This document shows, piece by piece, positions 22,261-30,477 of a stretch of 64,000 nucleotides of DNA. The stretch is taken from assembly GCA_016931295.1 (NCBI GenBank), contig JAFGEZ010000022.1, positions 22,828 to 86,827 of the forward strand. Reading direction: 5' to 3'. Source of the stretch: Candidatus Krumholzibacteriota bacterium. Lineage in GTDB: Bacteria; Krumholzibacteriota; Krumholzibacteriia; Krumholzibacteriales; Krumholzibacteriaceae. Both the position numbers and the translations under genes were made by a program. Under the pieces are notes generated by a model, which saw only the letters and a program-made list of their open reading frames with translations, did no database searches and had not been told where the DNA came from. Each line of letters starts with the position of its first letter. Position 1 is the first letter of the stretch.

Positions 22261-23229
22261 TTACCGTTTTTTCCCCGTCGCCTCGCCGGATGCCCCGGCG
22301 AGAATGAGTTTCGCGTGAAAGGAGAAGGGCTTGGCGGACGCCTGCATCCCACCACCCGCATCGTCGCCCGGACGTCCGCCCATGCCGCCGCCGGGCCGTC
22401 CGCCCATGCCGCCGCCGGGCCGTCCTCCCATGCCGCCGCCGGGGGGCTCGCCCATGTCCTCGCCCATACCGCCGCCGGGCCGAGCGCCCATGCCGCCCGC
22501 CGGGCGCTCCATGCGGCCCGTCGCGATCGTGACGCCGACGGCCGCGTCTTCCGGGACGCCGATAGCGTAAGGGGATCCGCCGATCCCCGCGAGCGGTATC
22601 CTGAGCTCGCAGACGAGTGCACGGTTCTCGTATCCGATCATCGCCTCGATCCCGTACGCGGCCGCTTCGTCGACCGTCGCCAGCAGGCATGCGTCCTTCG
22701 CCGGGCCGAGGATATCGAGATCGTCGCGCCGGTCCCGCATCAGTCGCTCGATCATCCCGGCGCCGCCCGCCCGGCCCCTGCCCTCTCCGTCACCCGCGGC
22801 ATCGTCCCTGGCGCCGCCGCTCGCCGCGTCGCCCGTCCCGGGGACGGCGCGGGGATCCGTCCCCGGCATCCCCGGAGCGGCGCCGGCCATCGCCATCGGC
22901 ATCTTCCGGGGGTAGGCGATGCCGAAGGTCTTGTCGCCGCCGCCGTCAGGGTCGAACCAGACGGTCATCCCGGCGGCCAGGACCCGTCGCTGCATCGTCA
23001 CGTCGGAGGATGAGACGAGGATGTAGAGGAACCGGTCGTCATTGGCGAAGCGCATGACCGTCATCGTCTCGCGCTCGAGGTAGGTCACGACACCGGTCCA
23101 GTCGGCGGCGCTGCCGTCGATCGTGATCGTCCGGTCGAGCCGGACGCTGCCGATCTCCTGGTCGCCGCAACCGGCAAACAGGGAAACGAGAAGGAGGCAG
23201 GGGGCGATCCCCCGTATTCGAGTCGTCAT
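22261..23229 (-). CDS. Lipoprotein with N-terminal CBM9/DOMON-like segment and C-terminal Gly/Met/Pro-rich tandem repeats
   Basis: Start moved to ATG 23229 (MTTRIRGIAPCLLLVSLFAGC lipobox). Contains ITIDGSAADWTGV...DDRFLYILV. The C-terminal region is GGMGARPGGGMGEDMGEPPGGGMGGRPGGGMGGRPGGGMGGRPG. Confidence 0.8.
   Translation of the reverse strand: MTTRIRGIAPCLLLVSLFAGCGDQEIGSVRLDRTITIDGSAADWTGVVTYLERETMTVMRFANDDRFLYILVSSSDVTMQRRVLAAGMTVWFDPDGGGDKTFGIAYPRKMPMAMAGAAPGMPGTDPRAVPGTGDAASGGARDDAAGDGEGRGRAGGAGMIERLMRDRRDDLDILGPAKDACLLATVDEAAAYGIEAMIGYENRALVCELRIPLAGIGGSPYAIGVPEDAAVGVTIATGRMERPAGGMGARPGGGMGEDMGEPPGGGMGGRPGGGMGGRPGGGMGGRPGDDAGGGMQASAKPFSFHAKLILAGASGEATGKKR
22367..22438 (-). repeat. 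3 x 24-bp tandem repeat inside the lipoprotein CDS (encodes PGGGMGGR units); degenerate copies extend to about 22510
   Basis: Plus-strand units 22367-22390, 22391-22414 and 22415-22438 follow CCGGGCCGTCC(G/T)CCCATGCCGCCG. Units 2 and 3 differ at 1 position. Unit 1 differs from unit 2 at 2 positions. Confidence 0.85.
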
Positions 23230-23386
23230 GCAAACTGCCTTTCGCGTCGGTCCGTGAAGAAAGCAGGGGGGGGTGGGGCCCCCGTCCACTCGTCGCCCGG
23301 CGCGCCCGCCGGTTACGAACATTCATTGTGGCGTCGCGCGGCGTACCGTATATTTCAAGTGACCCCGCCGTTGCATGCGATGAGGA

Positions 23387-25678
23387 ATGCTGATGAGGCG
23401 CGCGATTCTCGCGATGCTCGTCCTCGGCGCCGCCGTGCCGGCCGATTTGCCGGCCCGTGCGCAATTCGACGACTGCACGCCGGCGGCCTGCGTCATTCCC
23501 GATGGCGACCCGGCCGTCTTTCGCGCCGCCCGTGCCGCTCTCGTGCGGAGCGGGGCGCGCATCGCCGTCTCCTTTCCACCGGACGTTCTCTTCGGACGGT
23601 TTCCCGCAGGCGTCGAACGCGGCGATATCGCCGGTCTCCCCGTCGTTCTCCTCCGGGACGCCGGCGGTTTGTTTGCGTTCGACGCGCCGCGCCCGACGAT
23701 CGCGGCCGTCCGCGCGCTCCTCGCGGGACGGTTCGCGGGGTCGCGGGGCGAACCGGCGCATGAGCGGCGGCCGGTCTCCGCTCTCCTGCCGACGCCCGCG
23801 ACGGCGGCGCGCGCCGGCGGCGGGGCGGCCGGAGACCGGAGCCCGTCGGAGACAACCAGGCGGTTCTACCAGAACAGCGAGATCCTCTACGGCACGGTGC
23901 TGGTCAACCTCGTCTTCCCCGAGAGCGAGGGGGACGGGGAGAACTGGTCGCTCGACGAGATCGGCCTCGCCGTCGCGGGCGTCGCAACGGGGCTCGACGA
24001 GCTGCGGGAGGAGCTGCGCTGGGTGGACCTCGAGTTCGTTTTGAACTACGATCGTTTCATCAAGGTCCCGGTGGCGGGCGAGCCGATCGAGACCAACTGG
24101 GAATCGGCGCCCCGCTGGATCGCCCAGGCCATGACCGCCCTCGGGTTCGCGGCGTCGGAGACGGACGTCCACCTCTCCGTCCACGAATTCAACGAAGGCG
24201 AGCGAGCGGCGCAGGGAGCGGACTGGGTTTTCACCGCCTTCATCGTCGACCAGAGCGCGCATTACGACCCCGCGGCGGGGGTGTACGATCCGGGCTGCTG
24301 GAACGCGAGCCCCGTCATCTCATGGGCAATGCACGGCGGCCCGTACTGCGTCGTGCCCTTTCCCGCATGCCGGTTCGGGTACGGGGAGGGATTCGCCCGC
24401 TCGTTCGTCCGCGAGCTGTGCCACGTCTTCTGGGCGCTCGACGAGAACGGCTGGTCGCACCTGACCTGCGACACGACCGCCGGATACCTCGCCGTGCCGA
24501 ACCGCAACACGGAGTATCTTCCCTGCACGGAGATCGCGCCCTGCGTCATGCGTGGCGTCACCGGCGAGGAGGCGCTGACCGTGTGCGAGTGGACGATGGG
24601 GCAGATCGGGCTCGCCGACGACGACTGGAACTCGATCCCCGACGTCCTGGAAGTGCCGCCCGTCGTCGAGTTCATCGACGCCCCCGGCGTGAATCCCGAC
24701 ACGATCTACGCGAACCGCTTCGTCATGGGGGCGCGGATCGAGGGGGTCGCGCGGCCGAACGCGAATCCGGCGCAGCTCGCCCTCTTTCCCGGCCTGATGA
24801 ACGACGTGGCCCAGCGGCTCGTCGACGGCGCGTGGTTCGTCAACGGGATGCAGGTTTCCGGCCCCGGCGCCCCGCCGGCCGACGGTACGTGGAACGAGAG
24901 CAGGGAGGACGTCTCGGATACCCTCGTGGGGTTCGAGCCGGGGCTGAACGTCGTGCGGGTCGAGGGACGGAACGCCGCCGGCTACCGGGGGGGCGCGGAG
25001 CGCGACGTGCTCTTCGTCGGACTCCGGTACTTCGCCCTGTCGCTCGCGCTGGAGGAGGGATCGAACACCCTCGAATGGACGACGTCGAGCGAGGTCTTCG
25101 GGGCCGATTTCGAGGTCGAGCGCCGCGACATCACGGCGGGGGAGCGGGCGACGGTCATCGCGACGGTCGATACGCCCGTCGAGACGGGCTACCGGAGGAG
25201 CCACTACCGGTTCGAGGACGGGACCGTCCTGCCGGGGCGCCGCTACGGCTATCGCGTCGTCGCGCGGTTCACCCTCGTCATCGGCGGCGAGCCGATCGTG
25301 TACCGGTTCCCGAGCGCCGAGACGAGCGGGATGACGATCGTCCCGGTCGGGGACGGCCTCGTCTCGCCCTTCCTGCCGAATCCCGCCACCGACCGCGTCG
25401 TCTTCACCGTGAACGTGCCGGTGGAATGGCGGAACTCGGCTGACGACCCCGACGCCGGGGGGATCGTGGAGGCGAAGACCTTCGTCGACATCAAGGTCTA
25501 CGACGCGGCCGGCCGGCGCGTGCGGACCCTCTACAGCCGGAGCCGGTACGGCGGGCTGAAGACGGTCGTCTGGGACACGAGGGACCACCGGGGGCGGCCC
25601 GTTGCCCCCGGCGTCTACTTCGTGAAGGTCGCGGCCGGAAACTACCAGGCCTGCAGGAAGGTCGTCGTCATGAGATGA
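23387..25678 (+). CDS. Large secreted Cys-rich protein with C-terminal T9SS/FlgD-Ig-like sorting domain
   Basis: Track ORF of 763 aa. The alternative start ATG 23393 has better spacing to GAGGA. Signal peptide RRAILAMLVLGAAVPADLPARA. The C-terminus is LPNPATDRVVFTV...IKVYDAAGRRVRTL...VWDTRDHRGRPVAPGVYFVKVAAG...KVVVMR. Confidence 0.8.
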   Translation: MLMRRAILAMLVLGAAVPADLPARAQFDDCTPAACVIPDGDPAVFRAARAALVRSGARIAVSFPPDVLFGRFPAGVERGDIAGLPVVLLRDAGGLFAFDAPRPTIAAVRALLAGRFAGSRGEPAHERRPVSALLPTPATAARAGGGAAGDRSPSETTRRFYQNSEILYGTVLVNLVFPESEGDGENWSLDEIGLAVAGVATGLDELREELRWVDLEFVLNYDRFIKVPVAGEPIETNWESAPRWIAQAMTALGFAASETDVHLSVHEFNEGERAAQGADWVFTAFIVDQSAHYDPAAGVYDPGCWNASPVISWAMHGGPYCVVPFPACRFGYGEGFARSFVRELCHVFWALDENGWSHLTCDTTAGYLAVPNRNTEYLPCTEIAPCVMRGVTGEEALTVCEWTMGQIGLADDDWNSIPDVLEVPPVVEFIDAPGVNPDTIYANRFVMGARIEGVARPNANPAQLALFPGLMNDVAQRLVDGAWFVNGMQVSGPGAPPADGTWNESREDVSDTLVGFEPGLNVVRVEGRNAAGYRGGAERDVLFVGLRYFALSLALEEGSNTLEWTTSSEVFGADFEVERRDITAGERATVIATVDTPVETGYRRSHYRFEDGTVLPGRRYGYRVVARFTLVIGGEPIVYRFPSAETSGMTIVPVGDGLVSPFLPNPATDRVVFTVNVPVEWRNSADDPDAGGIVEAKTFVDIKVYDAAGRRVRTLYSRSRYGGLKTVVWDTRDHRGRPVAPGVYFVKVAAGNYQACRKVVVMR

Positions 25679-25689
25679 CGCGCGCCGCG

Positions 25690-26643
25690 TCAGTCGGCGA
25701 TCTCGGAGATCGCCAGGGCCTCGCGCGGCACGGAGAACATGTCGAGGGGCTGGATCTCCCAGCGGACCGTGCTCTCCCCCGAGATCGTGCCGTTCGTCTC
25801 GACGATCCGTCCGGGCATCGTCACCTCGAGGACGATCCCCGTGTGGCCGGCGACGAGCACCCCGGGCAGGACGCGCTGGATCTGCGCGGCGAGGATGTCC
25901 TGCGGATCGGTGATGACGTCGTGCGCGAGGTCGAAGACGTGGGATTTCGCGCTTCCCGTGATCCGGTCGCCGAGGATCGCCGCCGACTGTTCGGTGACGA
26001 GCGAGGCGAACTCGCGGAGCTTCTCCATCTCGTCGTCCTTTTCGCGCATGCTCTTGAACCCCACCGTGATCACCCCCGCCATGGCGCCGCGGAGCCCGGC
26101 CTTCTCCTCGCCGGTGAGATCGGGGAATCGCTCGGCCATCCGGAAAACGTACCGATCCGCCATCTTTTCGGCGAGCACGTCGAGCAGGCCGCGCCAGGCG
26201 AAGGTCTCGCGGTAGGTGTACCGGCGGCCCGAGGCGGAACGGTCCGTCTCGACGGAGACGCTGTTCGTGAACCGCACGTCGGCGAAGTCGCCGCCGGCGA
26301 GAGCCGCGTCGATCTGCACGTCCGTCTTCGCCGCCGCCCAGTCGGCCGGCGTCTTCATCGTCCGCGAGGTGCGGTAGACGAGCTGCTGCGATCCGTCGTC
26401 GGTTGTCCGACGCTCGATGCGTTCGGTTGCATCGTCCCCGATGGCGAAGATGCGGGGCATCTCGTCCACGTCGACGGTGACCTGCTCGCCGGAGACCTCC
26501 TCCATCGTGAGCTCCACGGCCCTCGTGCCGCCGCCGTTCCCGTCGACCGAGACCGCGATCCGGTATTCGTTGCATCCCCCGAGGAACGCGACGAGCAGGG
26601 CCGCCGCGGCGAGGGCGATCGTCTTCTTTCGTGTCGTTTTCAT
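25690..26643 (-). CDS. Hypothetical lipoprotein (third gene of the ECF sigma operon)
   Basis: Start moved to ATG 26643. Lipobox in MKTTRKKTIALAAAALLVAFLGGC. The remainder is non-repetitive and protein-like. No family recognised. Confidence 0.75.
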   Translation of the reverse strand: MKTTRKKTIALAAAALLVAFLGGCNEYRIAVSVDGNGGGTRAVELTMEEVSGEQVTVDVDEMPRIFAIGDDATERIERRTTDDGSQQLVYRTSRTMKTPADWAAAKTDVQIDAALAGGDFADVRFTNSVSVETDRSASGRRYTYRETFAWRGLLDVLAEKMADRYVFRMAERFPDLTGEEKAGLRGAMAGVITVGFKSMREKDDEMEKLREFASLVTEQSAAILGDRITGSAKSHVFDLAHDVITDPQDILAAQIQRVLPGVLVAGHTGIVLEVTMPGRIVETNGTISGESTVRWEIQPLDMFSVPREALAISEIAD

Positions 26644-26684
26644 GATCGTCTTCTCCTTGCGTTCGATCGTGTCCGTCATTCCGT

Positions 26685-27446
26685 TCACAGCGTCATGCCC
26701 GGTCTGCCGCGGCCCCGGGCGGCCGCGTTCACGAGCCGGGCGGGGATGCGCGTCTCCGGTGAGACGCCCGATGCGCGGATCAGCGCCGCGAGCTCGCCCG
26801 CCTGGATCCCGTCTTCCGTCTCGACCCGGTCACTGCCGGCGAGGAGGGCGAGGAGGGCGAACCGGTTCCACCCGGCGAGCAGGCGTCCGGTCTCGGCGGC
26901 GCCGAGGACCGATACGTCCGGGTCGAGTTTCCCGAGCATCGCGAGGAGCTCTCCCGCTTTGAGCTCGCCGCGGCCGCCGAAGGACATCGGTGCGCCGGCG
27001 GCCGTTTCGTCGTTCCGGGCGAGGACGAGATCGATCGCCTTCTCCTGGCTTTGGACCATGCTCAGGAGGCGCGTTTCGCTTTGCCGGAGATGTCGGATTT
27101 CCGACAAGAGGAAGCCGAGCGTGAATACGAGGACGGCGACCGCAGCGGCGAGGGCCGGGACGAAGGCACGCCGCCTGCCGCCGGCGGGGGAGATGATCGC
27201 GTGCGCGCGCCGGCGCTCGATCCCTGCGGAGACCCGGCGCCACATCGCGCCGGCCGTCCCGTCGGGCACCCGATCCTCGAGCGTGCCGGCGGGCGGTTCG
27301 AGAAAGGCCATGCGGATCTCGAGCATCGCGGCGCACTCGCCGCAGCGTGCGGCGTGGGCGTCGAGCTCCGCCCGCTCGTCCAACGCGAGGCCGGGCAGGC
27401 CGTCGAGGAGATCCTGGAAGCGTTCGCAGTCGTTTCGTGCGTTCAT
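26685..27446 (-). CDS. Membrane-spanning anti-sigma factor (zf-HC2 type)
   Basis: Last 253 aa of track ORF 26685..28193. ATG 27446 forms an ATGA overlap with the sigma-factor stop. HxxxCxxC motif in DAHAARCGECAAM. One TM helix (FVPALAAAVAVLVFTLGFLL). Confidence 0.8.
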   Translation of the reverse strand: MNARNDCERFQDLLDGLPGLALDERAELDAHAARCGECAAMLEIRMAFLEPPAGTLEDRVPDGTAGAMWRRVSAGIERRRAHAIISPAGGRRRAFVPALAAAVAVLVFTLGFLLSEIRHLRQSETRLLSMVQSQEKAIDLVLARNDETAAGAPMSFGGRGELKAGELLAMLGKLDPDVSVLGAAETGRLLAGWNRFALLALLAGSDRVETEDGIQAGELAALIRASGVSPETRIPARLVNAAARGRGRPGMTL

Positions 27447-28051
27447 GATCGGTCCTCCGTCGCGCCGAGAAGGCGCGCGACTCGTTTCCTCGCGTTGTGC
27501 AGGGTCGTCCGGAGCGTCGCCTCGCTCATGCCGAGCATCGTTTCCACCTCGACGCGGGGGCGCTGCTCGACGTCGACGGCGAGAAAGACCTCCCGCTGCC
27601 GGTCGGGGAGGGTCCGGGCGGCGCCGAGGACGCGCCGGACGAACTCGCCCCGCTCGCAGCGCCGGTCGGGCCCCTCGTGTTCGCGGACGATCCGCAGCGG
27701 CCGGTCCGTGGCGACCTCGCGCCGCGTCGAGGCGCGCCGGAGCCAGCTCAGGCAGTTGTTCCGGTGTATGGTGAAGAGCCACGCGGCGAAGGACCGGCCC
27801 GGGTCGTAGCGATCGATCGTCTCCCAGACCCTGATCCACGTCTCCTGGCAGAGGTCGCGCGCCGTGTCCCAGTCCTGCGCGTACCGCCACGCGGCGGCGG
27901 CGAGGGGGCGCGTCATCGTCTCGACGATCTCGCGGAATGCCTCCTCGTCGCCCCGCCGGAACCTGCCGGCGGCCTCGTCGATATCGATACGTGGAGCCGT
28001 TTCGTCCATGATCGCCTGTTCCCCGTGTGTTTCTTTCGCGTTCACGTCCAT
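27443..28051 (-). CDS. ECF (group IV) sigma-70 family RNA polymerase sigma factor
   Basis: Track ORF of 202 aa. Region 2 (DLCQETWIRVWETIDRYDPGRSFAAWLFTIHRNNCLSWLRR) and region 4 (LPDRQREVFLAVDVEQRPRVEVETMLGMSEATLRTTLHNARKRV). Confidence 0.9.
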   Translation of the reverse strand: MDVNAKETHGEQAIMDETAPRIDIDEAAGRFRRGDEEAFREIVETMTRPLAAAAWRYAQDWDTARDLCQETWIRVWETIDRYDPGRSFAAWLFTIHRNNCLSWLRRASTRREVATDRPLRIVREHEGPDRRCERGEFVRRVLGAARTLPDRQREVFLAVDVEQRPRVEVETMLGMSEATLRTTLHNARKRVARLLGATEDRS

Positions 28052-28212
28052 GGTACGCGAGCGGGGCGGCGTTCATTAATCGGAAAATCAAATAATTTTC
28101 GCGGGCGGGAAAGATTCCGCGGTGAAACGGGCGGCGGCGATCCGGCGCTGTAACGCGCGGGGCGGGCCGGAACGCGGGCGTCGGGGCGGGCAAACGGCCC
28201 GGTGATCGCGGG

Positions 28213-28686
28213 TCAGCCTTCCTTCAGGAAGGTGTCGTCGTAGATCGTCTCGAGCTTCAGCTTGTGCCCGGCCTCCTCCTCGGCGAGGTCGGCGAAGAGG
28301 CCGGCGAACCGGGTCGACGACCAGGCGGCGGCGAGGTCGAGGTACATGTCGTGAGCGGCCTTCTCGCGGGCGATCGCAACGCGGAGCGCGTCCCCGTAGC
28401 TCATGTCGGGGTGCGGCTCGACGTCGACGAAGTGGTCGGCGAGCCTGAGGTCGGGGACGCGCCCGCCCTCGTGGATCGTCGACGCGCCCTCGCGGGCGGC
28501 GACGAGCTTCGCGCGGTGCTTCTCCTCCTCGCCGGCGAACTCGGCGAAGACGCGCCGGATCGCCTCGTGGGCGACCCGGTCGGCCCACTCGCGGTAGAAC
28601 GCGGCGGCCTCTTCCTCTTTCTCCACGGCGAAGTCGAAGACCGCGTCGATCGTGTCGAAACGCGGCTGTTTCGCATCCCGGCTCAT
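28213..28686 (-). CDS. Rubrerythrin/ferritin-like di-iron four-helix-bundle protein (no rubredoxin domain)
   Basis: Last 157 aa of track ORF 28213..30195. ATG 28686 forms an ATGA overlap with the upstream stop. Two E...ExxH pairs: EKEEEAAAFY...GEEEKH and REKAAHDMY...AEEEAGH. Confidence 0.75.
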   Translation of the reverse strand: MSRDAKQPRFDTIDAVFDFAVEKEEEAAAFYREWADRVAHEAIRRVFAEFAGEEEKHRAKLVAAREGASTIHEGGRVPDLRLADHFVDVEPHPDMSYGDALRVAIAREKAAHDMYLDLAAAWSSTRFAGLFADLAEEEAGHKLKLETIYDDTFLKEG

Positions 28687-30476
28687 GGCGTTCCTTTCAT
28701 CAGGTATCGATGGATGCGCCAGGCGGCTCGCTTGCCGTCGGCGACGGCGGCGATGGCGTCGTCGGGGCCGGTCCGGCCGTCCCCGCCGGCGAAGATCCCC
28801 GCCACGTCGGTCTGGAGGGTGTCGGGATCGGTCTCCACGGTGTTCCAGCGCGTCACGGCGACGCCCGCCTCCTCGGCCATCCGGCCGACGACCTGCTGGC
28901 CGATCGCCATGATGCAGGTGTCGGCCTCGACGACGAACTCCGATTTCTCGATCGGCACGGGGCGGCGGCGTCCGCTCGCGTCGGGCTCGCCGAGCTCCAT
29001 CCGGAGGCAGGTGATCGCGAGGCGGCCGCCGCGGCGCGCGATGCCGACGGGCGTGACGAGGAAGTCCATGACGACGCCCTCCTCGCGCGCCTCCTCGATC
29101 TCCTCGCGGGCGGCCGGCATCTCCCGCTCGGTCCGGCGGTAGAGGATCCGCACCTCGCCGGCGCCGAGCCGCACGGCCGACCGGCAGCAGTCCATCGCCG
29201 TGTTGCCGCCGCCGACGACGGCCACCGAGCGGCCGAGGTCGGGGCGCTCGCCGCCGGCGATGCGATCGAGGAACTCGATCCCGATGAGGACGCCGGCCTC
29301 GTCGAGCCCGTCGATCGGCATGCGGCTGCCCTCCCAGGCGCCGATGGCGACGTAGACGGCGTCGAACCGCCTGCGCAGGTCGGCGAGCCCCGTGTCGCCG
29401 CCGACGCGCACGCCGAGCTCGGTCTCGACGCCGGCGTCGAGGATCACGCCGATCTCGCGGTCGAGCACCTCGTCGGGGAGCCGGTAGGCGGGGATCCCGT
29501 AGCGCAGCATCCCGCCGAGCTGCCCGTTCATCTCGAAGACGGTCACGGCGTGCCCGAACTGGCGGAGGTAGAAGGCCGCGGTGAGCCCGGAGGGCCCCCC
29601 GCCGACGACCGCGACGCGCTTTCCCGTGTCGGCGCGCGTGCGCGAGGGGGCGATGACCTCGTTGCGGCGCGCGAGCGTGGAATCGGTGATGTGGCGCTTC
29701 AGCCAGCGGATCGCGATCGGCTCGCCCTCGCGGCCGAGGGCGCAGGCCTCCTCGCACCGCGCCGTGCAGACGCGGCCGCAGGACTCGGAGAAGGGATTGG
29801 TGTCGTAGAGGAGCTCGAGGGCGTCGTCGAGACGGTTTTCCCGGATCGCGCGGATGTACTGCGGCACGTCCATGTGCGTGGGGCAGGCCTCGACGCAGAG
29901 GCCGCACTCGATGCACCGCATCGCCTCGGCCCGGGCGAGATCGTCGTCGTAGCCGAGTGTCATCTCGTCGAAGGTCCGGCTCCGGGCGGCCGGCTCGAGC
30001 ATCGGCATCGCCGTCCGCGCCGGGTCGAGCAGCCACGCCTCCCCGCCGCGGCGGTAGCCGCGGCCGTCGCCGTCCCACGGCTTCGTCTCGACGCCCGGCA
30101 CGTACCGCCAGTCGTCGCCGTCGAGCGTGATCCAGTTGTACTCGCTCGCCATCCCGAGGCAGCCGGTCGGGCAGACGTCGACGCAGAGGGCGCACCAGCA
30201 GCAGCGTCCGTAGTCGACGCGGGGGCGCAAACCGCTGTCGCCGGCGGCGGCGCCCGTGGCCGGGTCGGCCCCGGGAACAAAGACCATGTCGATCGCCTCG
30301 TTCTGGCAGATCGCCTCGCAGGTGCCGCAGCCGATGCAGCGGTCGACGTCGTTCACGTGGAAGCCGCGGTAGCGCGGCGAGCCGGGGCGGTCCTCGACGG
30401 GGCGGCGGATCGTGAAGGGCTTCTCGAGCGCCCGCTTCCAGGCGTAGAAGGGCGATATGACGTCTCTCAGGTTCAT
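28683..30476 (-). CDS. Fusion protein: NuoI/MbxN-like 2x[4Fe-4S] subunit (N-terminal) plus GltD/SudA/NfnB-like NAD(P)H-FAD-[4Fe-4S] oxidoreductase (C-terminal)
   Basis: Track ORF of 597 aa. N-terminus: RYRGFHVNDVDRCIGCGTCEAICQNEAI...DYGRCCWCALCVDVCP. C-terminus: CIECGLCVEACPTHMDVPQYI...CGRVCTARCEEAC, GKRVAVVGGGPSGLTAAFYL, VAVVGGGNTAMDC and IFAGGD. Confidence 0.85.
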   Translation of the reverse strand: MNLRDVISPFYAWKRALEKPFTIRRPVEDRPGSPRYRGFHVNDVDRCIGCGTCEAICQNEAIDMVFVPGADPATGAAAGDSGLRPRVDYGRCCWCALCVDVCPTGCLGMASEYNWITLDGDDWRYVPGVETKPWDGDGRGYRRGGEAWLLDPARTAMPMLEPAARSRTFDEMTLGYDDDLARAEAMRCIECGLCVEACPTHMDVPQYIRAIRENRLDDALELLYDTNPFSESCGRVCTARCEEACALGREGEPIAIRWLKRHITDSTLARRNEVIAPSRTRADTGKRVAVVGGGPSGLTAAFYLRQFGHAVTVFEMNGQLGGMLRYGIPAYRLPDEVLDREIGVILDAGVETELGVRVGGDTGLADLRRRFDAVYVAIGAWEGSRMPIDGLDEAGVLIGIEFLDRIAGGERPDLGRSVAVVGGGNTAMDCCRSAVRLGAGEVRILYRRTEREMPAAREEIEEAREEGVVMDFLVTPVGIARRGGRLAITCLRMELGEPDASGRRRPVPIEKSEFVVEADTCIMAIGQQVVGRMAEEAGVAVTRWNTVETDPDTLQTDVAGIFAGGDGRTGPDDAIAAVADGKRAAWRIHRYLMKGTP

Positions 30477-30477
30477 C

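Noticed and set aside
22367-22510. 24-bp tandem repeats as a possible CRISPR-like or intergenic repeat array.
   Set aside because: There are no spacers. The repeats are directly adjacent, in frame, and encode the GGMGGRPG units of a lipoprotein.
24320-27774. ORFs 24320..26575 (-, 751 aa), 24322..25443 (+) and 25675..27774 (+, 699 aa).
   Set aside because: Arg/Gly/Pro-rich junk opposite or out of frame to the secreted protein, lipoprotein and anti-sigma genes. The latter have signal peptides, a lipobox and the HxxxCxxC motif.
28052-28212. Search for an autoregulatory ECF promoter (GGAAC-N16/17-CGT-like) upstream of the sigma gene at 28051.
   Set aside because: Only a GGAAT with an unsuitable spacer to any CGT/CGA element was found. 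No convincing match.
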